From positions 953-64,952 of the IMG/VR virus record IMGVR_UViG_3300035698_023197: 64,000 nt of DNA; one strand, written 5' to 3'. This DNA is from a virus. Its lineage: Duplodnaviria > Caudoviricetes. The notes beneath the pieces are model-generated. The model did no database searches and had not been told where the DNA came from. It saw only the letters and a program-made list of their open reading frames with translations. Shown one piece after another: positions 56,913 through 64,000 of the stretch. The position numbers and the translations under genes were made by a program. Position 1 is the stretch's first letter; every line of letters begins with the position of its first letter.

Positions 56913-57094
56913 CCCTCCTTTTCGGGGTGTCCGTCCAATTCCGTTCTTTTCGTCGAAGTCAACCCTTCCATGAACTCCATAGTTTCACTATCGACGAGTG
57001 CTTTAACATGAAGATGACAGTTATCATTCATCCACTGCTGCAAAGGCCTGGCAAGGGCCTGAAGCTCAAGTCGTTGTTCGTTTGTTATTTTCAT
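56909..57094 (-). CDS. Small hypothetical protein
   Basis: ARPL..W.N.N.H.H..V pattern; start reassigned to ATG 57094. Confidence 0.6.
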   Translation of the reverse strand: MKITNEQRLELQALARPLQQWMNDNCHLHVKALVDSETMEFMEGLTSTKRTELDGHPEKEG

Positions 57095-57272
57095 AAGGAT
57101 GTAGAAACTATGAGGATTCAAATTTGGAAACCCGCCCTTCTTCTAGCATTCTCCGCGCTTCCTCATGTCTAGCAGCAGCGTCCAAAGCATTGCAATTGGC
57201 GCACATTAGAACGCAAAAGAGAATGCTTATTGATCACCAAATATCCCAATACGGTGAACTGGAGGTGAATAC

Positions 57273-57305
57273 AGAAAGGGCCGACTCGCGAGAGTCGGCC
57301 CTTAA
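57273..57305 (-). terminator. 33-bp hairpin element, copy 3, after the major capsid gene
   Basis: Minus strand TTAAGGGCCGACTC-TCGC-GAGTCGGCCCTTTCT. Confidence 0.7.
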
Positions 57306-57332
57306 AGTGAATTGAGATTCAGGCTGCGGAGC

Positions 57333-58769
57333 TTAGGAACCGAAGCTGGCGCTCATGTTGGTGAGCGTGATGCGCGAGTAAAACTTCGTATTCACGGACT
57401 TTTTCCCATACTGGGACGCGAAGCCTTTCCGCGAGATGAAGTCGTCAAGCGTAATCAGCGGAGTGCTGAAGAGCAAGATCCAAGGCGCGAAGATGTATCC
57501 GGTACGAACGAAGTCGTTACCCTTGTAACCGAGCAGGGCTTCTGCAATCGGGTAGTGAGGATCGGAGTAGATCTTCATGCGGCCAAGCGAACCAGTCTGC
57601 GCGACACCTTCGATCTCGGCTTTGTCACCTGCGGTAGGCTCAAACTGAGGAAGGGTCTCGATGATGTTGGACGCCTGGATGCCTGCGAGCATCCAGTTGG
57701 CTTTCACGCGGTTTGTCGCACGCTGAATGAAGCTCGAAGCAGTAACCATCGCGTCAACGAAGGAAAGCTTGTGCTCAGTGTACGAGATGGTCGAACCGGC
57801 AGGAATGTTTGCCGACCAGTTAACCACACCAGCCCCAGCCTGACGGCGAAGGTCTTCGATGATTTCCCGGTCAATTTCCCACTGGAGGTGGTTCGCGATG
57901 GCGGTAGAAACGATGTTCTCTGCGTTGACCTTGTGAAGAGCCTCGAGAGCCTGTGCGGCCTCTGTGCTCCAACGTCCACGCAACTTACGTTCCTGAGTGA
58001 AGATAGGCGAACTGGAGATCTCGAAATCGACCTGCTGTGCGTCCTGGTTCAGTTCAGGATTGTAGTTGTAAGTAACTTCGATGGTCTTGGAAGCTCCAAG
58101 ACCCGTTCCGTTGCTCAATTCACCCGTGTTGTAGTTGATGTTTCCAACAACTGCAGAGGCGGATGTGAGGATGTTGCCGTTGGCGTCATCAGAGAGAACT
58201 GCGGGAGTTCCACCAGAATCGACGGTAATCGTCAACGTGCCCGGCATAACCGGGGTGTAGGAGAGGGCTTGGCCAGAAACAAAAGCTCCACCGCCAGTCG
58301 TACTTCCGACGAACTCATTCTGAACGCGGTCGGACGAATCCAGCATGCGGTCAGCGTGTCCGGTACGAGCATCCCAGATGTGGGCACCGCGAGCGGTGTC
58401 ACCTTTCTGTTGGCCAGTAACGAAGTTCATGTAGAAGACGAGACCAGAAGGGCCTTCGAGAGGCTGAACAGAAACGAGGTCCTGTGCAATCAAGTTCTCC
58501 GAAACAATACTGAGGAGTGGGAAGGCGAACTTGTCAAAGTTGCCGACTTGCATCGTGGTGGTGGCCTCATCGAGGTCCATCCGGCTCAGCTTGTAGTTTT
58601 CAAGCATCAGGGTAACGAAGGCTCTCTTGGTATCGGACTTGATGCCCTCAACCATTTCCTTCCAACCTTTTGCTTCCAAGAGGCTCTGCTTCGAAGTCAC
58701 TCCCATAGGGGTTTCAGCAAGCTGCATCCCCCGGGCGATCGTACGAGCGAGTTGTCGTGAATCAATCAT
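57333..58769 (-). CDS. Major capsid protein (T4 gp23-like)
   Basis: LIA.DLVSVQP..GP.GLVFY, RKL...WS.E.AQ.L...H, EIDREII, LGYKG, G..FAP, G..S.YG. Confidence 0.96.
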   Translation of the reverse strand: MIDSRQLARTIARGMQLAETPMGVTSKQSLLEAKGWKEMVEGIKSDTKRAFVTLMLENYKLSRMDLDEATTTMQVGNFDKFAFPLLSIVSENLIAQDLVSVQPLEGPSGLVFYMNFVTGQQKGDTARGAHIWDARTGHADRMLDSSDRVQNEFVGSTTGGGAFVSGQALSYTPVMPGTLTITVDSGGTPAVLSDDANGNILTSASAVVGNINYNTGELSNGTGLGASKTIEVTYNYNPELNQDAQQVDFEISSSPIFTQERKLRGRWSTEAAQALEALHKVNAENIVSTAIANHLQWEIDREIIEDLRRQAGAGVVNWSANIPAGSTISYTEHKLSFVDAMVTASSFIQRATNRVKANWMLAGIQASNIIETLPQFEPTAGDKAEIEGVAQTGSLGRMKIYSDPHYPIAEALLGYKGNDFVRTGYIFAPWILLFSTPLITLDDFISRKGFASQYGKKSVNTKFYSRITLTNMSASFGS

Positions 58770-58814
58770 TAGTTAGTTTGGTATAATTTGGTAATTTGGT
58801 GGTGCTGAAGAAAA

Positions 58815-60815
58815 TTAGCCTTTCTTCGCGTTATTGCGCATCCTGACTGCAGGGTGAACTGCTTCCTCGATGGCCTCCTTATGGGACCGTACGGGGCGTT
58901 TCTTCTGTGCTGGCTTGTTGCCTTCGGCCAAAGGTTTGCGGCGACGTGCACCCAGATTGCGGGATTCCATCTTCCTCTTACCCCTGGCAGGAGCGGCTTT
59001 CGACTTGGCTTCTTGGACGAGTTTTCCGAGTTGGGTCCAAGTCTTGACTCGTGGGAGGCGACCTTTGATCGTCTCGTAAAGCCCAGGATCTTTTGCCCTC
59101 ATCAGGTGAACGCCCAAAGACACCATGTCTTTGTTGTATTTCTCAGCCAGTTCCCGAGCAGCCGTCATCGCTTCCGATTCGTTGACGCTCGAGGCTTCAC
59201 CAGCCCCTTCGGGCAAGTTACTTTTGAGTCTCTTGTGAGCTTCCAGCATGCGAGCGGAAGTCAGTGAAAGTTTCTTGATGTTGCGGCGAAGCTTGACATT
59301 CTCACGAATGAGACGCTTCACGCGCTTCTTGGATTCGATGGGCATGTCGTCCGGCATGTCCATGTCAACGTCTTCGTCGCCGAATTCGCCTTCTGCATCC
59401 TCTTCAGGGCAGCACTTGTCAGCGAGAACTTCGAGTTCGTCGGCAATCCCCTGACACTCTTCGTCTTCGGGGCAAGCGTCGCGGAGTTTCTCAGCTGCGG
59501 TAGTCAGCGTAGCGCGGACTTCTTCAGGAGTGTCACCACCTGCACCAGGGTCTTCGCCACCAGCTTCGTCGGGTGCCGGGGGGCCTTTTGGAGGACCTTC
59601 CATTGCGTCGTCGGGACCAGCGGGAGGACCAGCGGGCATTTCGTCCATCTCAGCGATGAATGTGTCGAGTCTGGCGTCGAGCGTTTCAGCGAGACCACCA
59701 ACGGCGGGATCTTGAAGCTTGATTTCGTAGATCTCGCGCTTCAGTTGATCAACAGAGTCGAAAAAGGCGGCTTTTTCTGAAGCCTTGAGGCCCGAGGTTT
59801 TCATCTGAGTCAGTTGGATGACTTCAGCCTGCTTCCGCTTCATTTCAGCGAGTTTGTTCATAGTGGTAGTGGTATGTGGTGCGTTCGGTGTGTTGGATTG
59901 GGCAGGCTTGCCTTCCTCCAGATTAGCAACGTGCTCTTCGATTGGGAGTCCGTTATGCCAGAGGGTTGCTGGGGTTTCCCCGAGTGTCCAACTGGCGAAA
60001 ATTCCACGAGCATGACCTTCGTTGGTCCCCTCGTAAACTGTCTTCTCGTCGTCGCCTTTAGTGATCCGTACTTCGTACGTATTCTCTTTGACTTTGATTT
60101 TCTTGTTTTTGAGTGACGTACCCTTCTTCTTCTCGCCACCACCCTGACCGTCGCCGCCAACTTCCTTTTCAGTAAGGCTGGCCCAATCGGAATTCTTGCC
60201 CGCTTCGATCATCTTGGAAACGTCGCCATTGTCGCGAGCTTCTTGGACGAGAACGGGGAGGGCGCGAGCGACTGATGGAGAGAAAACAACATCCCAGGTC
60301 TCGCACTCGTAGTCTTCGTTGACTTCGTTGACGCCATTACCGATATCAGTAACAGTGCCATTACCACGGGAAGAGACGCCAAATTTGACGCGAGCTTCGA
60401 TGAGTGCCTTGAGGACTTCTCCTTGTGGAGTGCCTTCGAGGACCTCATAAGCGCCGATGATGTCACCTTCTTTCAGTTCACCACCGGACTCGGCGATTTC
60501 GATAGGAGATGCGAACCGTGCTTCAACCACAACGTGGGAGACTTGGTCCATCCGGGTTTGGCCGTCTTCAGGGTGCTCGATCATTCCGAGCATCGCACGC
60601 TCTGACAGCCGATTTTGGAAATCGGTAGCCTGACCGCTAAAAAGCCTTTCCCAAATTGTCTTCGGGTAGATCCGACCGTTCTGATTCTGGTCGATGTAGT
60701 TTTGAAAGACACCCTCGACTCGCATTGCGGAGGGCTTTCCAGAGCGCTCCACGAGTGATGGTTTCCCAAGCGGGCGAAAAGCGTAGTTTTCGACTAGAGA
60801 GATTGGCTTGTTCAT
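58815..60815 (-). CDS. Prohead protease (gp21-like) fused to a scaffold/core-like region
   Basis: N.NGR.YP, LG..EHP, VSH, TP.G, GVSSRG.G, WDVV..PS, then about 470 aa of coiled-coil/acidic sequence. Confidence 0.9.
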   Translation of the reverse strand: MNKPISLVENYAFRPLGKPSLVERSGKPSAMRVEGVFQNYIDQNQNGRIYPKTIWERLFSGQATDFQNRLSERAMLGMIEHPEDGQTRMDQVSHVVVEARFASPIEIAESGGELKEGDIIGAYEVLEGTPQGEVLKALIEARVKFGVSSRGNGTVTDIGNGVNEVNEDYECETWDVVFSPSVARALPVLVQEARDNGDVSKMIEAGKNSDWASLTEKEVGGDGQGGGEKKKGTSLKNKKIKVKENTYEVRITKGDDEKTVYEGTNEGHARGIFASWTLGETPATLWHNGLPIEEHVANLEEGKPAQSNTPNAPHTTTTMNKLAEMKRKQAEVIQLTQMKTSGLKASEKAAFFDSVDQLKREIYEIKLQDPAVGGLAETLDARLDTFIAEMDEMPAGPPAGPDDAMEGPPKGPPAPDEAGGEDPGAGGDTPEEVRATLTTAAEKLRDACPEDEECQGIADELEVLADKCCPEEDAEGEFGDEDVDMDMPDDMPIESKKRVKRLIRENVKLRRNIKKLSLTSARMLEAHKRLKSNLPEGAGEASSVNESEAMTAARELAEKYNKDMVSLGVHLMRAKDPGLYETIKGRLPRVKTWTQLGKLVQEAKSKAAPARGKRKMESRNLGARRRKPLAEGNKPAQKKRPVRSHKEAIEEAVHPAVRMRNNAKKG

Positions 60816-60892
60816 TAAGTATAACTATACTCAAGCAATGAACTATCTTTCTCTAACTCAACAAACTCCCGGACGTTGGGAATTGTCTGTAT

Positions 60893-61249
60893 CTACACCA
60901 ACGGCATATGGTTTACTGCCGTAGTTGCTGCAACCGTAACGGGGTTGACTTTTATGAGAACTTGGTTGAAAGACCAAACGTAGTCGACGATACCATCGAC
61001 TTTATCCTTTGGGACACCAAACTTGGACACCAGCATAGCGTTAGTGTCGGGACCGTGAAGGAATCTGTGTGACTCTTCGTTGGCAGTCGTCACTTTGAGA
61101 ATGCGACTATGGGCCATTTTCTGCAGCAGAATCTGACCCGTGGGAGGGGTGCCGATAGGCTTAGAAGAAAGCTTGTAATAGTCAGCTTCCGGCTTCCCCA
61201 TGATAGAGGGGAGAGAGCCAGAGTTTCCAATGCTTTCAGCGAATCCCAT
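60893..61249 (-). CDS. Hypothetical protein
   Basis: ATG ORF; TAATTAT upstream. Confidence 0.65.
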   Translation of the reverse strand: MGFAESIGNSGSLPSIMGKPEADYYKLSSKPIGTPPTGQILLQKMAHSRILKVTTANEESHRFLHGPDTNAMLVSKFGVPKDKVDGIVDYVWSFNQVLIKVNPVTVAATTAVNHMPLV

Positions 61250-61257
61250 ACCGATAA

Positions 61258-61416
61258 TTAGTGGGGACGGTCCTTAAACCCCCGCAAGACGATTGTGGGA
61301 GACTCGAAGTCGTTCAGTATGAGGACGTGATCCATTTGATGCCCCATCCTCCTCACATCAGCGAGGAACGCGTCAACATTGGGACTTTCCAGAAGCTGAC
61401 GAGCCAGCGCGTTCAT
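61258..61416 (-). CDS. 52-aa hypothetical protein (MNALARQLLES)
   Basis: Below the ORF-track cutoff; TAATG-coupled; fills the gap exactly. Confidence 0.55.
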   Translation of the reverse strand: MNALARQLLESPNVDAFLADVRRMGHQMDHVLILNDFESPTIVLRGFKDRPH

Positions 61417-61817
61417 TACAGATCCGAAAGTTTTGACCTGCCTTTGGCGATCGACTCTTTGATCTGTTGGACCAGTTGGTAAGGCTGGTCTGCGCGAAAT
61501 CCGATGCGGCCAAACTTGATCACGTAAGATCCGGCATCAAACCTGCCGTGTTTCCTCACATAAGCAACAATCTCTTCGTCTGCGCCTTCTGCGGCGGCGG
61601 CAAGGCGTGCGCGGCGTTCTCTGCGGCCTTCGGAGGGGACAGGGGCAGCGACAGGATCGGCAACGGGGGGAGCCTCAACAATCGGAGGAGCTTCAACAAC
61701 TGGCGCAGGGGCTTCGACAATCGGAGGAGCCTCAACTGGTGCAGAGACTTTCTTGGCGGCAGCGGTCTTTTTGGCTGCTGCTCTTTTCTTGGCGGCGGCG
61801 TTCTTTGGAGCGGTCAT
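61416..61817 (-). CDS. Ala/Lys- and Pro-rich small protein
   Basis: AAAKK repeats and VEAP repeats. Confidence 0.65.
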   Translation of the reverse strand: MTAPKNAAAKKRAAAKKTAAAKKVSAPVEAPPIVEAPAPVVEAPPIVEAPPVADPVAAPVPSEGRRERRARLAAAAEGADEEIVAYVRKHGRFDAGSYVIKFGRIGFRADQPYQLVQQIKESIAKGRSKLSDL

Positions 61818-61821
61818 AAAG

Positions 61822-62538
61822 TTAGAAGGTTACGGTTTTGAAGAGTTCGGTGAGGCCATCTTGCACACTTTGTTCAGTGACCCGCAAGCTTCCATTTTGG
61901 GAGCAATATTCGGCGAAAGCATCCTCATATCGGTGGAGGCGCTTGCCAGAATAAGCACTGGAGAGAGGTTGGAGAGAGTACGGGCGTCGACCCTTGACGA
62001 AGTCAGCCGTTGGGGGATATGTCGTGAGGTCGAGTGTTCCGGCGACGATATGGCTCACGGCGTTTGCCGTCAGGGCGTTCAACACGTGGATGGTTTGCAA
62101 CCGTTCCGAGGCGTCGTGGAATCGGGCCAAAATCTCTTTGAACTTCATCCGGCCATCCAGCAGTGCCATAACCTGATCCATGACAGACCGATTTGGATAG
62201 ACGTACTTTTTGGCCCACTGGAGTTTCTGTTGAGAAGCCAAGTGTTTGTGGGCGTACCGCTGACCAAGACCGCGATAGACGAGGATGTCCGGCCTATCCC
62301 CAGACGTGAACGCCATCGGGTAGACGTAGATGACGTCTTCTGTGGGGTGATAATAGACAGGCTCCCCACCAACAGTCTTCTCAGTGAATCGGAGTCCTTT
62401 GAGACCTCGATGTGCCTTGGATAACTTGAGCGAGTCGAGCCGTCGGAAGACATCAGGGAGTGTGGACGCCAGTGCCGTCATACGGCGCATGAAGTCCGGA
62501 CCCGATCCGACGAAAGTTGGTGTTACTGGTAATGCCAT
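61822..62538 (-). CDS. Hypothetical protein
   Basis: Start reassigned to TAATG-coupled ATG 62538; AFAE motif near the C-terminus. Confidence 0.65.
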   Translation of the reverse strand: MALPVTPTFVGSGPDFMRRMTALASTLPDVFRRLDSLKLSKAHRGLKGLRFTEKTVGGEPVYYHPTEDVIYVYPMAFTSGDRPDILVYRGLGQRYAHKHLASQQKLQWAKKYVYPNRSVMDQVMALLDGRMKFKEILARFHDASERLQTIHVLNALTANAVSHIVAGTLDLTTYPPTADFVKGRRPYSLQPLSSAYSGKRLHRYEDAFAEYCSQNGSLRVTEQSVQDGLTELFKTVTF

Positions 62539-62975
62539 TAAACAAAGGGACCAGATTCTTTTAGCGGTTTTTTCTTCGCGGTTGCGTCGAGTTTCTTGAG
62601 CAGTCCCTTCGGAAGACAGGCGCTGGCAGTAGTGGAGCAATCTTCCTTGAGAGTGTTCGGCTGGAAATTGGGGCGTGATTCGGTGACGTGAGGTTGTGGT
62701 CCACCGTAAGGCTTGTTGGTCGTGATGTCAATGGTGGAGACTTTGAATTTCTCCGGACCGTCTGCAATGCCTTCGCCACCGTGAGTGTCACCTTCTTCAG
62801 GGAGCTTATCCGCTTCCTGAATCGTGTCGTCGGCGCGGCCAGCATAAAGGTTGGTCGCAAGTTCAGTTTCGGTCAACCCCGTGTAGTCTTTCCCTCCGTG
62901 GGAAAGGTGGAACAGGTTGAATTGGCCATTCCACCTAGCTGCGTCGGCGAGATCTCGTGCTTCTTGTAAAGTCAT
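62538..62975 (-). CDS. Hypothetical protein (MTLQEA)
   Basis: Repeated LQE/LTE/IQE/VTE/LKE motifs. Confidence 0.65.
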   Translation of the reverse strand: MTLQEARDLADAARWNGQFNLFHLSHGGKDYTGLTETELATNLYAGRADDTIQEADKLPEEGDTHGGEGIADGPEKFKVSTIDITTNKPYGGPQPHVTESRPNFQPNTLKEDCSTTASACLPKGLLKKLDATAKKKPLKESGPFV

Positions 62976-63826
62976 ATCGTGTCGTGTTTTTGAATGTCTG
63001 TCAATTCCTCGTCTTCGTCGTCATCTGCGTGATCGAGGGGAGCCTTGGCTCGTGGAGAATGGGTACGTGCTGGGGTGACCGCCATGCCGCAGGTGCTGGA
63101 CATTTCGCCCAAAACTTCTTCCATCCGCAGGTCAACGTTGCGTACCCCATCGACGTAGTTGCAAATAAGGCTATCGAGCGTCTCATTCAAAGTCGGTGAC
63201 GCGCCGTCCAGCCGTTCGTCATTCAAATGGTCGGGGCGACCTTCACCAAGGAATCCTCGCACTCCGCTTTTGCTGACTACGAAGCCGAATGGCAAACCGG
63301 ATTCGACGAGCGCGGCAACGGCCTCAGCGACTTTACGACGCTGAGATTTGGTTTTGCGCCGGAACTTGTATAGGGAGTGATTCATTTCCGCCACATAACT
63401 AAGGCCTTCATAACCCCCATCAATAGCGGCCATACTGGGACCGTCCGCTAGCAGGGCATCGACGCCAAAATGAAGAGGGTCGGGCAAGTCATCAACCGGA
63501 AACCATCCCCAACCATCTGTTTCCCAGTTAGTGACCGGGTCGAACTCTTCCTGGACGACGACAAGGAAGTTGTGGTACGTGTAACCACTGTCGGGGGCGA
63601 TGTTGACCAGAAGCGGGCAAGTGGGAAGACCAGAAATGTCGTACTCCGCCTCTTCCCTAACCTCGCGAACTAAGGTCTGCTCCGGGGTTTCGTTGACGTC
63701 GCAGCCTCCTCCCCAGCACCCCCACGTGCCAGGCTCAGACGAAGTCATAGACCGTTTTTGCAAAAAGATGCGGCCAGTGTTTACTGACTTGAAGATGCAA
63801 CCAGCACCTTTGTTGGTTCGACTCAT
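62972..63826 (-). CDS. Nudix hydrolase with C-terminal extension
   Basis: GGGCDVNETPEQTLVREVREE Nudix box, E.....W....LP.PLH. Confidence 0.88.
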   Translation of the reverse strand: MSRTNKGAGCIFKSVNTGRIFLQKRSMTSSEPGTWGCWGGGCDVNETPEQTLVREVREEAEYDISGLPTCPLLVNIAPDSGYTYHNFLVVVQEEFDPVTNWETDGWGWFPVDDLPDPLHFGVDALLADGPSMAAIDGGYEGLSYVAEMNHSLYKFRRKTKSQRRKVAEAVAALVESGLPFGFVVSKSGVRGFLGEGRPDHLNDERLDGASPTLNETLDSLICNYVDGVRNVDLRMEEVLGEMSSTCGMAVTPARTHSPRAKAPLDHADDDEDEELTDIQKHDTI

Positions 63827-63835
63827 TGTCGATAC

Positions 63836-64000
63836 CTAGCGAGGGACGGGACTAGCCCACACAGACCGGGGGTAGATCTGGAGTCCGCGATTATTATCGT
63901 GTGTAAATTCGTTGACGGCTTGCTTGACGCCCCACTTGCGGCTTCCATAATCGTGACCCATAATCACGCCGCCCGGTTTCACCTTCGACGCCCACGCCGC
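63836..64000 (-). CDS. C-terminal part of a class I SAM-dependent methyltransferase (Methyltransf_24-like)
   Basis: W..KVKPGGVIMGHDY....GVKQAVNEF; truncated by the window end. Confidence 0.75.
   Translation of the reverse strand, partial: AAWASKVKPGGVIMGHDYGSRKWGVKQAVNEFTHDNNRGLQIYPRSVWASPVPR

Noticed and set aside
57312-58760. 482-aa + strand ORF
   Set aside because: Antisense shadow of the major capsid gene with no motifs.

Overview
This window is a densely coded segment of a large T4-superfamily-like myophage (probably a jumbo phage), mostly on the - strand. It holds recombination and replication genes: UvsX/RecA, gp32-like SSB, UvsY-like mediator, two SF2 helicases, ThyX, a family A DNA polymerase with an N-terminal UDG-like domain and two inteins, a Rad50/gp46 ATPase and a DEDDh exonuclease. 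Virion genes are interspersed: major capsid, protease-scaffold fusion, portal, sheath, two tube-like proteins, gp6 wedge, gp26-like hub/chaperone, PAAR, tape measure and fibre. It also has a lysis cassette, HNH endonucleases and their remnants, and auxiliary genes (sulfotransferase, outer-membrane beta-barrel, Nudix, methyltransferase). The most notable observations are: (1) polymerase intein 1 has no in-frame endonuclease but hides a complete HTH + Vsr/DUF559-like nuclease gene in its +1 frame; (2) two promoter classes, sigma70-type promoters giving mostly leaderless mRNAs and a self-complementary TANNTA(T) motif before virion genes that also sits alone in very short divergent junctions (possibly bidirectional); (3) a candidate +1 frameshift (TCC TTT TTT CGT C) at the end of the gp26-like gene; (4) a lipoprotein endolysin next to a coiled-coil u-spanin candidate; (5) a hairpin-dense 360-bp non-coding region; (6) shared peptide motifs and duplicated gene starts that suggest a modular set of capsid-targeted cargo proteins. 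All calls come from motif recognition by eye; no database searches were run.
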